Part shown: piece by piece, positions 12,652 to 27,146 of the stretch
Numbering within the stretch: the first letter of the stretch is position 1
Layout of the letters: every line of letters starts with the position of its first letter
Source: Zygnema circumcarinatum SAG 698-1b
Lineage: Eukaryota; Plantae; Zygnematophyceae
Direction: 5' to 3'
DNA length: 64,000 bases
Assembly (NCBI GenBank): GCA_037447605.1
Contig: CM074804.1
Location: 1,984,001-2,048,000, forward strand
The notes under the pieces: generated by a model
Seen by the model: only the letters and a program-made list of their open reading frames with translations
Database searches by the model: none
Told to the model about the DNA's origin: nothing
Translations under genes and position numbers: made by a program

Positions 12652-15600
12652 TTAAGTTCCATATTTATGGTAGTAAAAAGGAGCAGGGAATTTTCTCACT
12701 ACCTCCTCCCACTTTCTTTCTACGACAAGTATGGATTTCTCTCCTAAATGCTGCAAAAAAAGGACATTATCTGAGAATGGGACTACTTTTACTGCAGGGC
12801 TGTCCTGCAGCTGCATGCTCAGCTGCGCCTGCTTATGTTGCTGCCTTTTCCCCTTCGCTTCGGACCTCTGAGAATCCTTTGCATTTTTTGCTTCTGGAAC
12901 ACTGCCTGCCCTTGTGCTCGGAGCCAACGGTTGGCTCAGATCAATGTGGCACATGCACCTGCACCGGGCAGCCAAGGAAGCAAAACCACTGTGAGGTCGG
13001 CCTGCACGTTCAAATGGAAATGAACTGCATAACGTGGAGCATATGTCTTGTGTTTAGACATGAGGTTTACAACCCAGACACAACTTCAGACTCCAATGCT
13101 ACTTGCTATTTAGAATTGTTTGGTTGTTTGTACTTCACATTTCAACAATAAATAGTTTTTTCCTTGGAAAAAAGCAAATAGCTCCTCATCAGCGTTACTG
13201 CACTACCGATGAATACATGTAACCATAAGTGTACACACCTGCAAGCTCTGCAAACAGCACAAACCGCATCACTCACATTGAACTGTATGCAATCAACTTT
13301 TCCGCACCGCCAGTCGGCCCCATCGACAGTCTGGTGATGCCGCCTGGCATTTCCAACAACTCGTTTGGAAAATTCCCTGCTGTTCCCTTCGACCACTCCG
13401 AAAAGCACTTCCTTTCCACGTCCAACACATGAACCTCATTCATCGCTGTTGCAACGATCAGCTCCGGTCGAGAGGGATGGAAGAGCAGCGCTGTAGGAAG
13501 AGACCCGCCAGGAGAGGAAACGACCCAACGTTGCCTGCCGATAATCAAGGTAAGAGGGGTGTCAGAACAAGGAAAGCAGTAGCTCTCCTATATTGGAATG
13601 CCGTAACTAAAATAACAGCCTTAACTGACACAATAAGGACATTGGCAGGAAGCCTCAGGATCAAAGTTTTTGGTTAGGTTTTGTTTCATCCATCGGTTGC
13701 CCGTCATGGATAAGATTCATCATTGGCCTCCTGCTTCCGTCACACTGACCAATATTGCGCCAATGTAAACACAGCGAGAGGTGTGAAATTTACAAACTAT
13801 AACCATTAGTGTTCCTTTATGTGCGGCGTTAGGTTGAGAGCCCGATCTATGCAGTGGCCCAAAACGTGCAAAATGCCAAAAAGAAAAAATGAACTCTAGG
13901 TGTTATGATTTGCTCAGGCCATCACACCGGCAGCATGATCAGGGTTGAAAAGTAATGCAGAAGATACCGCCACTTCTCTACATATTTGAAAACAAGTGGA
14001 ACTCCACACTTCAGTCCAGCTGTTCATGGTCTCACCTCATTGAACCCAAATCGTAGATTCCAACGTGGCCGCAACTGTCCACAGCTGCGAGCCATCGCCC
14101 GTTGGGACTGACGGCCATCAAACTAGTGGCGGGGGGCACATTATCGCCGTCCTTCACATCAAAATCGGGGCACGTGGGAGAACACCGCCCAGCAACCTCC
14201 TCTGACTCAATGTCGACCACCTGCATACCATACAGCCATAAGACTTACATCATCAACTTGACTCTCTTCAGAGCCTGTCAAATCGATACATTTGTGTCTG
14301 CGTAAATGGAATGCGCTTGATTGCATTCTTCGTGCTCCAGCAGCTGACATCTTTGACATGACAATGACGGTATAACTGCTGATGCGGGATTGTGTTAACT
14401 TACCCAGATACTGCCGGTTCTTGCTGCCACCAGCAGCTGGGCCGAGTCAACGCTGAAAGTCAACTGGTGACCAGGTGGCAGCTTAGCGGGTAATTTTCTT
14501 CTCTTTATGGCCCATCTTGAATTCCCTAGGGTTTCCATCTGCTCCTTGTGTGGTTGATCCAACTCATACAGCCGCACCTTCGTCCAATCTGACAGCGCTA
14601 GGAACTTGCCGTTAGGTGAGATCGCGCTGCAGGATATATGCTCCTGCGCATTCGTCTTTATCTGTGCCACCAGCACTGGCAATTGCCTTTCTTTAACTGG
14701 CGCAGAATTCTCGCCAAACTTTGCTCTAAATGTACCCCTCCTATCTCCATCTGCCACCCCGTTGCCCAACCCCGACCCCCATCCTCCAGCTAACTTTTTC
14801 TTTGATCTCTCATTACCACGGCCTGCTCCTCCTTTCCGTTTCCCAAGTACCCCATTACCTAATAATGATTTCCCCATCCCATTTGCCATCGGCTCATGCC
14901 TTTCCCCGGCTTCTTTCCAACCCTTCTCAACATGATCCACTTCGTGTGCGGATGTTCCAGAATCCACTTCCTCCAGCCGCCAAACATCAAGGGATGTGGG
15001 CTGCTGTACCAGCAACAGTTGCCTTCCACACGGCGTGGATCCATTGGCAAGCTGCATTGGTGGAACCTGAGGTGTTGGGCAGACAGCATGTGGATAAAAC
15101 GACATGAACGACTCCGCTGGATATGTATATAGCTGTGCGTCGTTTCCTCCTGACACAAGCATGCTCACTCCAGGCTTATGCCACCTGGGTTTAACTGGAT
15201 GACTGCTGCCTCCTTTAGTAGATTTTCTGCCCCTTTCCACTCCACCGTCCAAATGTCCACCTTGACCTGGAACATCCAAATGTAACAGAGTCCTCATTAC
15301 AGCATTTACTAGAAAGCCGCCTACATAATTATGACAATTAGTGGACATGCGCAAAACCCAGAAAATAGAGAGCATGTGGACTTAAATAACGAAAAGTTCA
15401 AGGAAAGCAGAGAAGGACATAATCTCCCAGCACTTGTCTAAAACGACAAAAACAATCAGGTTATCGTACTTAAATTTGAACCGTTACCAATTCAAAAAAC
15501 GCCACCATGTTGCCCAAAACATGGTGCAGCTCATCAGAGTTACTACCGGCCGATTTCTAAGCAATGCAATAAGCAAATTGTGATCCCAAAAGTCCGGACT

Positions 15601-18600
15601 CCACGTGGTTAAGCCCAATTCATAACTGTCCTCAAATTGCTACTCAAGTCGGCTCCAATAAATAGAGATCCATCTTTTACTCCCCTCGCAAACAATGTCA
15701 GCTGCTCACCTTCTGCTGCACCCGGCAATGCTGCAACAGCAAGAGCTCTCACGTCATGACTGTGTGCTTTTCTTCCGCCTACAAAGACCCATGACCCTGC
15801 TCCTCCCATCGCTTCCCCTGCTGATGCAGCTGCCATATCACTACTTGAGATTCGATGGAAAAGGTTCACCTGCAGGAGGAATGCAGAAAACTCTTAAGCC
15901 ACTGAGCTTCGAGCACTTTCATCAATCCATCACTTTTCCTTACATTCGATTGACATGATGGCCATGGCAAGGCAATATTGCCTTGACACAGAGCTAATAA
16001 GGTTTTTCTGCAGGCGCAAGGAACGCTTGTACGACACTCCTTACTTCGCTACTGCTATCCCACATCCATTGTTCAGACTTGTGTAATGACTAAATTTCAG
16101 TCATTCTATAAGTCCCCCCAGACTTCCTAACTCGAAAGGCAAGTTACACTCCTGAAGTTGCCATCTCAACTTAAACTCCAACCGTTATGGACTCTTATCT
16201 TAGGTTCAGGCTCAGAGGCTCAGAGCTTGACATGCCCGATTGATTTGGGTGGCGCAGACAACCGCCCCCGTAATGCAATGAGGTCATCTTCTGTCACCTT
16301 CCGCATTCAGATTTGCTCTCCCTGCGTCCGATACCATGTGACGGACATTGGTTGGACACACTGACAGAGCTGTATCGCATATGAAGAGCGGTGCATGGAC
16401 CAAAGATCCATGCAAGGCTCCAACTTTACTGGACCGAGACTCATTGAACATGTGGAGCCCTTGAGGAGCCCCGCTGCTCAGGAAGTCATCAGAGAAAACT
16501 CCACCACTATCGGCACAAAGAAGAAGTTCAGTAGACTGCTTTCTTTTCAGCGAGAGATAAGGAAAAGAGAGTGAGCTCTCTGTTCGCTCTAGAAGGATAG
16601 AACAAGTACAAAGCGTGAAACCAGTGCCTCCTTTCTATGCGTGAAAGAAGCCTATCATGTTCATTTTCCAATTGAATCGTATTTTTTAACAACATTCCAG
16701 AACTTGCCAGGGACAGGTTGGCCTTTAATTTGTTCCTTGGCTCTCCCATTAATCGGGTACCTTGCACAGACCTGTCCATCGATCCCAGCAGAGAACACCG
16801 AATTGTGTGAAGGTGCCGCTGCCAGAGCCAGCACATCCGCCTTGTGGCGTGTGTGAGCCTGCAGAAGAGTTCCCTGTCGTCCATCCCAAAATTGTGTGCA
16901 TCCACTGCCATCTCCGCTCACTACTGTCTCATCTCTGCTCCCATCCAAGAAGCTCAAAATCAAACAATTGGTCTCCAGACATGATCGCGAGGGCCACAAA
17001 GAGAAACACGGAACTAAAAAAAGTGATGTAGTTCTTAGGAGTGGCCCTGTAAACAACCTGAACATAGCGTCTGTAATATCTGCTGCTACGATCATTCTCT
17101 TCAAGTCAATCTCTTTCGCATATCGTACTCATGAACTCTGGGAATATATATGTCATAGTTCAGCATGTCCACGCCTCCAAGGCACAACTGGCTTTTAGCA
17201 GCTAACAGTTACATTGTACCCGTCCTCAACCCCTCTGACCCGTTCGTAATAATTGATCAATCGACAACAATTGTACTGATGATCGTTTAAACTGCAATTC
17301 TAATGAGGTTTCCTATCATTGAGAGTTGAAGGACTTCACGTCCCCTCCCACGCCCACGAACCAATTCAACATGAAGAAAAGGCGGGAGACAGAAACAAGA
17401 CTTTACTGACCTGAGAACAAGCAACGCCCATATGCAGAGATCATCTGCACGTGGGGTTCCACCTGTGCCGGCTGTGATTCGGTAAACCTCTCGAACATTT
17501 CCAACATCCCAGCAGCGAATGCATCTGCAAGCAATAGTGCAAATCTTCTTCAGTTCTTGTGAAGGCATGGCCAGGGGCGACATGCTAAAGAGTGCATAAG
17601 GCAATTGGCAGTTGTGGAAAATCGGCCCGGTGAAACATGGAATCGCTTCCACACGTTGGATTGCTGCGACAGTGGAAAACTAAAGCATATTTCACAGTTA
17701 ACCCGTAAAGTGCAGAAGGTTCATTACCCGTCCGAGCCTCCCGTAAAAAGCCGGGTTCCACAAGCATTCCAGCCTACCGACAAAATCCTCCCTGCAGAGA
17801 AATCACAATCGCGTTCGTAAAACAGGGAGCAGAGGAAGACTGCTAATCAACTGACTTGTCCATTCCCCTACAAACCAGACTACGTTGCTGTCATGATGGC
17901 TACAATTTTCACTCTCGACGCTCTCAATTTCACACCAAACACGACTCTAGAGCAGGCTACATGCAAATCTTACAAAAAACGATTAAATTCAAAAAGGTAA
18001 TTGGAATCCTCGAATTGCCAAGTTTACCAATGAAAGAGCTAATCTATAAAACCCCGCTCTTGCCTGACAGAACAATCTAAAGGAAGGTGAACTGCTCGAC
18101 TGTACGGAACATAATCACATCCGCTGAATTTCTCAAAATGTCATGTACTCGATTACAATCCTCCACGATGGCACACTGCTCATTTCAATTGAGGCAATTA
18201 CCCATAAAAAGCTGATTCAATTCCTCACCTGCCACCTTGGGAAGCGCCTTTCCAAACTGCAGGCCGCTTGAATGGCTGACATAGAATACCCGAGCTCGGC
18301 CATCATCACATGCAACAGCAACCCTTTCTTCACCATTGTTAGGCACCGTTGCCTGCCCTCCATCCTCCTGTGCTGACATCTCATCCGAACCACTTGACTC
18401 CTCACTATCCGCATCGCTTTCATCGCCATCCTCCACAGTTTCTCCCTCATCATATTTTCTTCGCTCTTGTGCATTGCCAGTGGCATTTGGCTCCACTGCC
18501 ATAGCCCACACAGGCCCGCCATAAGAGTCCACCACAGCCTGTCAAGTGCCAAAAAGGCAAAGAAAGAAAAACGACGTCATTACCAAGGTTTGGCTTCAAA

Positions 18601-19513
18601 TTGACACCGAAACCTGAGTACTACGATGAAAGGATCAAGGTTGTGCCTCTCGAGCCGGTTCGCTCAAGCCAACTCGTACGCTTTAAACCGAACCTTTTCG
18701 TTAGAACTACTGCAATTCTAACTCAGCTGCTTATCTCTACTTAGGGACAACACACGCTTGTACAATTTCAAGCAAAAAGCACAGTTCCCGTAATATCTGC
18801 TTTAGGGTGTCCAAGGGGAATTGGCAGACCCCCTCAACCTCCTTTCTTCTTTCCAGCCTATGTTAACAAAAGTGGGTAAAAAACCGAACCTTTGGGCTCA
18901 GCGATTTTAAATCCCACTCAGTAATATGGCCGTCGAGCCCAGCTGAAAAAAGACGGCCGTGCGGCGAAGCAGGGCTGGCAAGACACCATATCAACGACGA
19001 TATTGCAGCTTCCCTTCGCCCTGGAATTCTCTGGCCGCTCAAGCACAATTTCCCAAATTCTGTTAGGCAATAACGAAAACATACATGCAAAAGGTTCGAT
19101 GAACTCCGAGTAAAACCATCCTGAACAGTAAAACCGCTTCAATGCGTGATTTCACACACGTAGCTACAATTCTACAATTGAAGATAAAAAATGAGCTTTT
19201 TGAAAAACCAGCTCTGCTATTTTGTCAATTTGTAGCAAAAAAAAAAAAACCGAAAGAATAGATACGGAAGAAAGAGATCAACTAGCGGATCTTCAGATGC
19301 GACCTTGCAGGCGAGCCTGGTCAGTCTGCATGCTGGAAACGAGGTTCTCACCAGCTGGCAGGTCCAGCCTACAGAGCCCGCCGCGACTCTCCAAATCTCC
19401 AATTCTCCGCTGTCTCGAGCAGCTGCAAGCAGAAGACCGTCCAGGCTAGGAGCGAGAGCTACCACTGGAGTAGGAGACCATTCAACGAGACGGCAGCGAT
19501 GAAGTTCCAGCAT
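12652..19513 (-). CDS. UTP4: U3 snoRNA-associated WD40 protein UTP4/cirhin (plant POPCORN/PCN-like), multi-exon
   Basis: N-terminus MLELHRCRLVEWSPTPVVALAPSLDG...LEIWRVAAGSVGWTCQL. Internal segments ISSLIWC...GRLFSAGLDGHITEWDL, SYGGPVWAMAVEP, SGDGSGCTQFWDGRQGTLLQAHTRHKADVLAL, RKAHSHDVRAL and SGGNDAQLYTY. C-terminus VLFLQHLGEKSILVVERKWEEV...HKYGT*. These match recalled plant PCN motifs. Confidence 0.93.
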
Positions 19514-20742
19514 GGCGGAGGACTGCGCTGGAGCCGGTATCGCAGGGGTCGCAGCCGACGACGACTCCTTGCAAGAATTCAGGCGCGAGGTCTCAAACTG
19601 AGGCGGACAGTTTGCAAGCGTCGGCAGAACAGAAAGCGGCTCTCCGCAGAAAGCAAAAGCTCTATCCGAATCCGGCGGCATGGCATTGTGCGGCGCCACG
19701 GGAGCGCTGGGGAGACGAGAGAGAGGATGCCCTGTTAGCAGCGCGAGGAGGGAGGAGGCGAGGTGGAGGGCCGGAGAGAAAGGGTGCAGGGCAAGGGCTT
19801 GGGCTTCTGCGGCGGCGGAGGGAGGCGGAGGCGGAGGCGGGAGAAAGGGCGAGAGGGAGAGCGGGCAGGGCCCTGCGCCGCGCCCCTCCCCCTCTGGGGG
19901 CAGCCAAAGGGTCCGTACAAGCCGTACCAGGCCCCGCCGACGCCGTTGAGATCTTGAGACCCACATTTGAAATAAGTTCAAAACGTTTCCTTTCACATAG
20001 ACATCAAAATTTCTTTTTTAAATGTCCTTCCTGTTTCCAACCACCGTATTTTTGTATGTGCGAGTGGCATGTGCCGCCGCAGGTTTCAAAAATTTCTTTT
20101 TCTTACTGTTTCCAGGAAAAAAATTCAAGGGGCGAAAAACCAGTGAGCAGCTTTAGGGGCGGTGCGCTGTGACTCGTACGGCGGCCAGTGGTCGCGCACG
20201 GCCCAGCTTGGCGCCGAAGGTACCGTACGGACGTCTCCGGGGAGAGGAGGGCAGGCAGAACCCTCCAGAACAGCAGCACTGGCACTGGGACTGACACTGG
20301 CTGTGGTTTTGGTGGGGGGGGGGGGAGAACAGTATTTATAGATTCATGCTTGCCATAAACAATGGGGTAATCGAGATAAGATATGCCTGCTTCAAACCTG
20401 GAAAAAGGCCACTGCAAACCTCCCATTCACTAACTAAGCAATGGAAGTGGGCGCGGGTTGGACAATGGCACTTATTGGCGAACCACTGCAGGGCAGCATA
20501 GTTCATGCTTTCCACACGGGCTGGTCTTCCTATAAGTCCTGCAGAATGGTTCTTACTTTCTCAACACTAAATGACTATGAGCTGACTGCTCCCAGGTTTC
20601 AAACAACTGATCAAAGAGCATGAACATGGAGGAAGGTGGAGGACTGATCAAAGATGGTGGAGGTTCGATCAGCTCCTATCGCTTGGAACATAAAACTCGA
20701 GCAGTTGTAACTTCAAAAGAAGGAATCTGCGAGTCTTGTCAT

Positions 20743-23700
20743 TTACGTGTGCAAAGCTGCCCGAATGGTATCTGCGAGACTAATAATCTCAAATGGTCGC
20801 TTTCCACGGACAGATTCCACTGTTTGAGCACACGAGTCCGTAATCCAGAAGTGGGCAAATCTGCCGCGGAAGTCATCTGCGGCTGCAGACAGACCATGGC
20901 CCAGCACTGCCCGTCAGCTCCTAAACCCAGAGCGCATGTCCTTCCTGACTTGCCAGGAAAGGACAATTGCACGGCCATCAGCCTGGACCTGCCTCGCAAC
21001 AAGCACTACAATCCAACAGGTCGCCATTCAGGGCATGCACAGGATTTGAAAGGGGTCGTAGAACTTTCAGCAACCATACACAACTCAGCTGTCTGAATGA
21101 CAGCTGGCAGGCCTGCCAATGAAAACTACAGAGACGCCCATTCGCATGGCTGTTTGAGGGTTCATGCATGACATCAAGTGTGCCCTCATTCAAACACATG
21201 CCCACATTTGCCACTCTAATTTCTTGAACAGTCTGGCAACTACCACCATTCGTGAAAATCTAGCCGTATCATCCTTCCTAAAATATATTACGATATGGCC
21301 TTCTTCAAAGTCGTTCCAAGTGGAAAGGGAAACGTCAAAGGTGATGGGAGTGAGTGAACATGATAGCTGGAGTTGGGACGAGGAAAGGACAGCCGTCACC
21401 TGTAGAATCATAGCTGAACCGCTCCCATGAGCTCTGTGGAAACACGCCATGGGTAGCATAAGCGCTCACTTTTGAAGCTCCCAGAGATGCCAGGAGACGC
21501 TGCATTAAGCAACTCCCTCCCTCCCCAGCCATCAGAGCTCCCACCATACTCTCATCGACCCTTTTTTCCAATTATGGAAATAAAATAACATGGCCATGAA
21601 GCGGGCAATAAGGACAGAACAGCAGCAAATGAGTTACCGCTTCGTCAGCAGAGTTATGATTGCAAGTTTTTTTGAAGTAAGACGTAACAGACTCAGTCAT
21701 GTTTGCCTGTTCACGTGCAAAAGCGAGATGAGTGAAGCTACCTGACATTCTATGAGAGTGCCACCAGTGTTCACGAGGTCGTCAACTATAACTACATGGC
21801 GACCTTCCGGATGGCCCTCCTTGAGCTTTACAATGCGCTTATTCCCGTCACGAACCTTAGTGCAGACTATCTGCAAGCCATTGCAAGATGATTTTCAACT
21901 GCCTTTCGCAAAGAGACGCGGGCACCTCGTCAGAAAATGAATCCTCAAGTCTACACACATTGAAGTATCAATTCACACTCGTGTAATGGTTGAGTGACTA
22001 GTAATGACTATTATTGTGTCTAAAATAGAACCTCTCTGCATGGAAAAAGAGTTCTGCGCTGGAAGATTCACTCAAAATGGACAAGGAGGATGAAAAGATT
22101 AAGGTGGGAGTGCACAAAACAACTACATCTAGGCTTGGTCTCCAAATTTGCCATGGAAAGCTGCAGCAGAGCAGCAGCATCTTTGCCAATGGGGACTGAG
22201 CCGACTTACAATGTCATGAGAAAGAGTGAGGCAAAAGCGGAGTGAGTGTCTCGCAAATGCAGACGAGAAAGAGGGAGGAGCTCACAGTGGGGTAGTGCTG
22301 CAGCTGCCTCCCAAACCGCTTCCATGCGCCCTCGTCGGGAAATGCTATGCTCACCTGCTCATCCGCACAGCTCATACACCTCAATTGCATGCACCACTGC
22401 AACAGACACACGCAGATTGTGGAAACATCCGGATGTACACTCTTTAGAGAGGGCAATAGAGTTCGAACCAGTGACAGTTCCTCGAGATCGTCGAGTAATA
22501 TGCCTTACCATGCCAGCATCAGGAAGTGTTTGGAGGCGTTGCTTGAGAAGAGGGATGCCGCTCTCAAAAAAAGGCATTACACTGTCACCGAAGTAAAAGC
22601 GCTCTTGAAGAGCATGGATATCGAAAATGACTAAACTTGTCGGCCCCCCTCTCGACATGGGAATGTTGGAGAGAATGCGAGACAGGGTGTAAGCAGTGGC
22701 CACGTCCCCTTCGTCCTCCATGCGCTCCATAGTACCCGTTGGGAAGAAAGGGAGAACCAAAGTGAAGCTGCTGATGAACATACGTGGGAGAGCATAGATG
22801 ATGGAAAGCTGCTCAAAAATGACACTTGGTGAACTGAAGGACGCTAAGAACGCCACGTGGCGACCCCTTATGCCGTACGCGTTGGGAATGAAAAGGTTTG
22901 GAAAACCGGATTCAAATTGCCTGCCGAACCAAGCAATGGATCTTTATTAGGCTCATGACATCTGATAAAGGCTGAAGGGCTCCAAATACCTTGAGACGGT
23001 ATGCGGCAACATAAGGGCATGGGAGACAAGGAGTACATCTATGGGCACCCAAACGGGAACTAGTTCTGTAATTCGTGCTTGCGGCTAATCCCGATCCTGC
23101 ATTTACATGTATGCGACTGCATGCCCTTACTGGAAAAGGAGACCCAATTCACACAGAAGCAAGTCACGAGAAAATCACCACAATTGGTCCTAGAGAAAAA
23201 ATCTCTCAAGACGATCATTTTTAATAATGCAAAGGAACCATAATTATTTCAATAGGTGACGAGTTACCACATCAAGCAGGCCTCAGACATACTTCGTGAG
23301 GCAATTCTCAAAACATACCAGGTCCATAAACGAAAAATGTAATGAATGTCAATGCTATTGTAAACACTAGTGTTCTACAGAATGCTCTTGTATTTCAATC
23401 CATTTGATTTCCTTCCAGAAACAAAGCATCGGACTATTCCAGGGTCAGGGATTTGAATGTCACAGAATTGCCCCATAAAAAGTCCGTCCTCTTTTGATGG
23501 ATTAAAAAGGTGGCAGGCAAGAAACCTTGATAAAGCAGAGGAGATCAAATCCGAGAGGGCTAGCTTAAGTGCACAAACATTTGTCACAAGCAACTTGCAG
23601 GTTCTCATTACAAGTGCTTCGCCATAGCTGCAGCAGACATACGCTGGACTTTGGCATAGAAAAAAAGGCCCACTTACCCCCATTGAATCGACTTCAATTC

Positions 23701-26099
23701 AATATTGTCACTTCCACGAGCTATGCTCCGTGCTAAGTCCTCCGACTCTCTGCAGTAGAAGAGACACACCACTTTCGACTGCTGTGACGGCGTCACACTC
23801 GCTAGAACAGATGTGGTCATGAGGTTGGGAGTCTCCGCAGCTGCAGGAGCGGCTGTCAGGCGTGCTGCACTCGGCAGAGGCGGAGGGACACACACCCACG
23901 CACACCAAAAAACCACTAAAGTGTCAGAGGCCTCTCCAGAGAGTGTCGAAAGTGGCCAGGAAATATCGAAGGCTCAGTCGTAAACCACACCCGGCAGACA
24001 TGATGCATGCCAGATCCTATTACAACTAATGATCTTCTTCAACTCCTTGAAAAGGAAGTAACAACGCTAAGATAGCCATGGAAAAAATGGTCTAGAAGGG
24101 GCTAAGGAGTTGCGCAGCATGAAATCCTAGAACAGCTTTGGAATTCAACAAGAACCATATCCCCTGCCGACTTTCGGCTTTCAAAGCAATGTCCACATTT
24201 GGAACCAATATCAAAGTAAGCGCTCCGACTTCTATGTAATTCCCGCTGGCTCAGCAATCAGCATTTTAAACGAGCATTCTCTCAACTCTTTTCCTCCTCC
24301 ATGATAAAAATGAATCTCGGATGCTGCTGCCATTGGGATGCAGTAATGTAAGGGGCATAGGTAACAGGCGTAAAGACTTTATGACTCTAAGGATAACAAT
24401 TGCATAACAACAGTATGCTTACTCGCAGTACAAGACTAAAGTAAGCAACAAGCTCATCATTCTTATCAAACAAACATGATTCTAACAAAAGGAAGGCAGT
24501 TCCGTGATTTTGATAAGCGAAATGAACTCGTCCCAATTTCAGTCAGAGCTGACGTTCAACCGAACAGGTCATCTATCTCAAAAACTAACTCTAACAATGT
24601 AACATAAACAAACAGCTGGTGATAGCGGAATTCAGGTCTCAGAAGAAAAGCCACAAATCATGAGATTTAGATATCGGCATTGAAATGATCGCTCGTGGCA
24701 AGCAATTGTGATTGAACTTCAAATGGTTCCTGAGACAACAAAATAAATATTCTACACCAGCAGGCCACAACGAAACCACACGTTATAGGAGCCCGGCAAG
24801 TCCACAGCTGCAATGCTAATTCAGAAGAACAAAAGTAAAACAAAGGTGTACTGCTGCAAGTGCAAGAACAAAAGTGAGAGATGCCAGCTTGTTGTGAAGT
24901 TGAACGACTTTGAGGAAGACGATGAAGACAAAGGGAAAAGGATATGGACAAAGAGTATACCAACAGTGCATAACTGCAAGAAGTGTTTTAGTGCTTGCAG
25001 CCGCAACAGGGTTTCAAGGAAGAACGTACACGACATTTGTGTTGTGATCCCGAGCAGAAGCAACTCAAGGCTCAGAGGGAAGGACGAAGATGGCTCACAA
25101 CCGGACTAAGAGGCATGCACAAGGACTGCAAGGAACAAAAAAAAAAAAAAAGGGGCAAGAAGTTTCAGGCCCCTCCTCTGGACCTGGTCAGAGCAGCATA
25201 TACTTAGCCAGCCTGGAGAGCAATCCATTTTCAAGCACATTGAGGAGTCCTAACTGAAACATCCTATAGCTTCACATCCACACAGTCCTTCGACGATATA
25301 GATGCAAAAATGCCATTTATCCATCTTCAAGGAGACTCACATATAAAGACCATAACCAGCAAATTTAATCATATGCCTCTTAAAAATTGCTGCTAATGCA
25401 CGTACTGTTAAACATGCAGAGGAAATCGCCGAAAATTCAACCTACACGCGAACTAGTGTCTCTTTGGCTAACGACAAGAAAGGAGCCCAACCGGATTAGG
25501 GAACTTTACTTGACTAAAGCTGAATTGAAAGAGACAGACTCACGCTTATTCAAGCCCACTTCCTAACCCGCCTCAGTGGTCGGTGACACGGACGAAGGAA
25601 CAAGAAGTGATAAGAGTGTGCATGCACATGCGAAGGGGTAGAGCACGTGCAAGACTTTCAAAAAATGGCGAATGACGTCTTAAGTTATCAACAAGCTCAC
25701 TTCAACCGATGAGCACTTAAGGAATTTGAGATGGTCAAGCAAGAACACAAATCAGTCCACCAGCCGACGTCTATTCGAGCTTCGGTCCTGGATTCAAAAC
25801 TGTATGCGTAGGGGAATGATTCAGAATTGTCTGTCTTTCGCGAAATTCTCGATGTTTTGATAGCAGGTAAAATTACAGGCGTTTCATCGAACAGCACCAG
25901 CTGTTCGTAGCAGCAAGGCCCCTGCCGCTTCTTGCTGAAGTGCAGGGGAAATGCAGCGGGCCTGACCTTGTGGGCGCAGGCGTAGGCGCAGCTGAAGGGG
26001 CCGGCGCCATGGGCGGTGAGGCGGCGCAAGGAGGCGGGGCTTAGCCGAGTGCGAGACAGCAAGGCCTGCGGGAGGCGACGCACGGGAGGTGCAGAGCAT
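20743..26099 (-). CDS. PRS4: Class II ribose-phosphate pyrophosphokinase (PRPP synthetase, PRS3/PRS4 type) with probable N-terminal transit peptide
   Basis: Exon 26099-25967 (44 codons+1) joins in phase to 23864-23678 ([14 protein letters not shown]...IQW). It continues [10 protein letters not shown]...[16 protein letters not shown]...[43 protein letters not shown] (PRPP-binding motif), AYATHGVFP and [10 protein letters not shown]...RAALHT* (TAA 20743-20745). Cannot separate PRS3 from PRS4 orthology by eye. Confidence 0.92.
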
Positions 26100-26314
26100 G
26101 CTGCTGCTCCCTGGGCTCCCCTTCTCCCTCCCTGCCTCCCTGCCTCCCTGCTCCGAGGCAAATGCAAAAAAATGCAAGAAGCAAGCAGGGACTGGGCCTC
26201 GGCCTGAGCCTGAGCGTGGGCCTCGGTCTGGCTTAAGGGCCGGGCGCTGCTTTGCTTTGCTTTACCCCGTCACCGATTGCCTTCGATATGTCGAAATTGG
26301 ACCACTCACAGCCT

Positions 26315-26334
26315 GCCACGTCAGACCACGTGGC
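26315..26334. promoter_or_regulatory. G-box/ABRE-like pair upstream of PRS
   Basis: GCCACGTCA (26315-26323) and CCACGTGGC (26326-26334), about 220 bp upstream of the PRS ATG. Motif match only. Confidence 0.35.
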
Positions 26335-26384
26335 AGATCGTGAGTGGCTGTCGCACCCTTCAGCTGCCGTACAGTCATTATGTA

Positions 26385-26640
26385 CAGTAGAGCCCCCTAA
26401 TATTTTCGCCCCTCTTATTTTCGTTACCCAATATTTTCGCCCTGATTTTACCAAAACCACTTTTTTGTACGGTAAGTCCGTGTTAGCAGTGATAGCCGTA
26501 CTAGCCGTATTAGCCGTACTGTACTAGCCTTACTAGCCGTACTAGCTGTACTAGCCGTTACGGGCTCACCGTGTAGCGTAACGGAGCTGCGTTCGACGGA
26601 TCCGCGCCCGTTCAGTTATACTTGACATGTTCATATTCAG
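26385..26640. mobile_element. Left end of a Tc1/mariner-type MITE, interrupted by an LTR
   Basis: TA|CAGTAGAGCCCCCTAATATTTTCGCCCC... followed by AATATTTTCGCCC-GATTTT..AAACCAC-TTTTTGTAC and TAGCCGTAC repeats. Colinear with the complete MITE at 37412-37894; right TIR not found. Confidence 0.7.
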
Positions 26641-27146
26641 TGTCACGGACCGGCCTGATCCAGGAATTGCCGACGGACAATGCGAGACGGCGGCGCCATT
26701 TGTTGGCGGCCCACGGGACAGCACACCATCCAGCTAGGCGCACTCGGAAGCGCCGCAAGATGCCGCCGATTGTCATCAGTTGACCTATCCGAAGGCTCCA
26801 CGCAGTCAGTCAGGCCACTCAGTGGGCAGTTGGCCAATCAGGGACTGTCACTACTAAGGCTCAAGATCTATTGTCAGTGTTAGGTAGATGGGATGTCAGT
26901 GATGCTTGTTTGTCTTTTAGTGCTGGGCTTAGTATTTGTATTTGCTGTGTGGTTTGTTGTCTTGTTCTTCTCTTCTTCCTCTTCAGTTCTAGCAACAGAT
27001 GCTAAGTGTGAGAGAGAGAGAGAGTTCCATGCCATAGATAGAGAGAGAGAGAGAGAGTAAGAGTCTTCTTGCTGATAGCATTTAGACGTCCCATTCAGCC
27101 CAGCTAGACAAAGATTTCAGTGAGAAGATCCTTTCATTGTCATGAC
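26641..27146. mobile_element. Probable LTR of a Gypsy-type retrotransposon (right boundary uncertain)
   Basis: Begins TGTCACGG abruptly inside the MITE and has LTR-like GC-rich then CT/GA-rich sequence. A Gypsy RT fragment follows after an assembly gap. No partner LTR or clear PBS seen. Confidence 0.45.

Noticed and set aside
19217-20172. Long GC-rich overlapping ORFs around the UTP4 5' end
   Set aside because: These are GC-rich 5' UTR/promoter frames. Only the part from ATG 19513 matches the UTP4 family.
24813-25250. LINE reverse-transcriptase remnant in PRS intron 1
   Set aside because: Only a vague KKGARSFRP resemblance; no QG or YADD motifs, poly-A tail or TSD.
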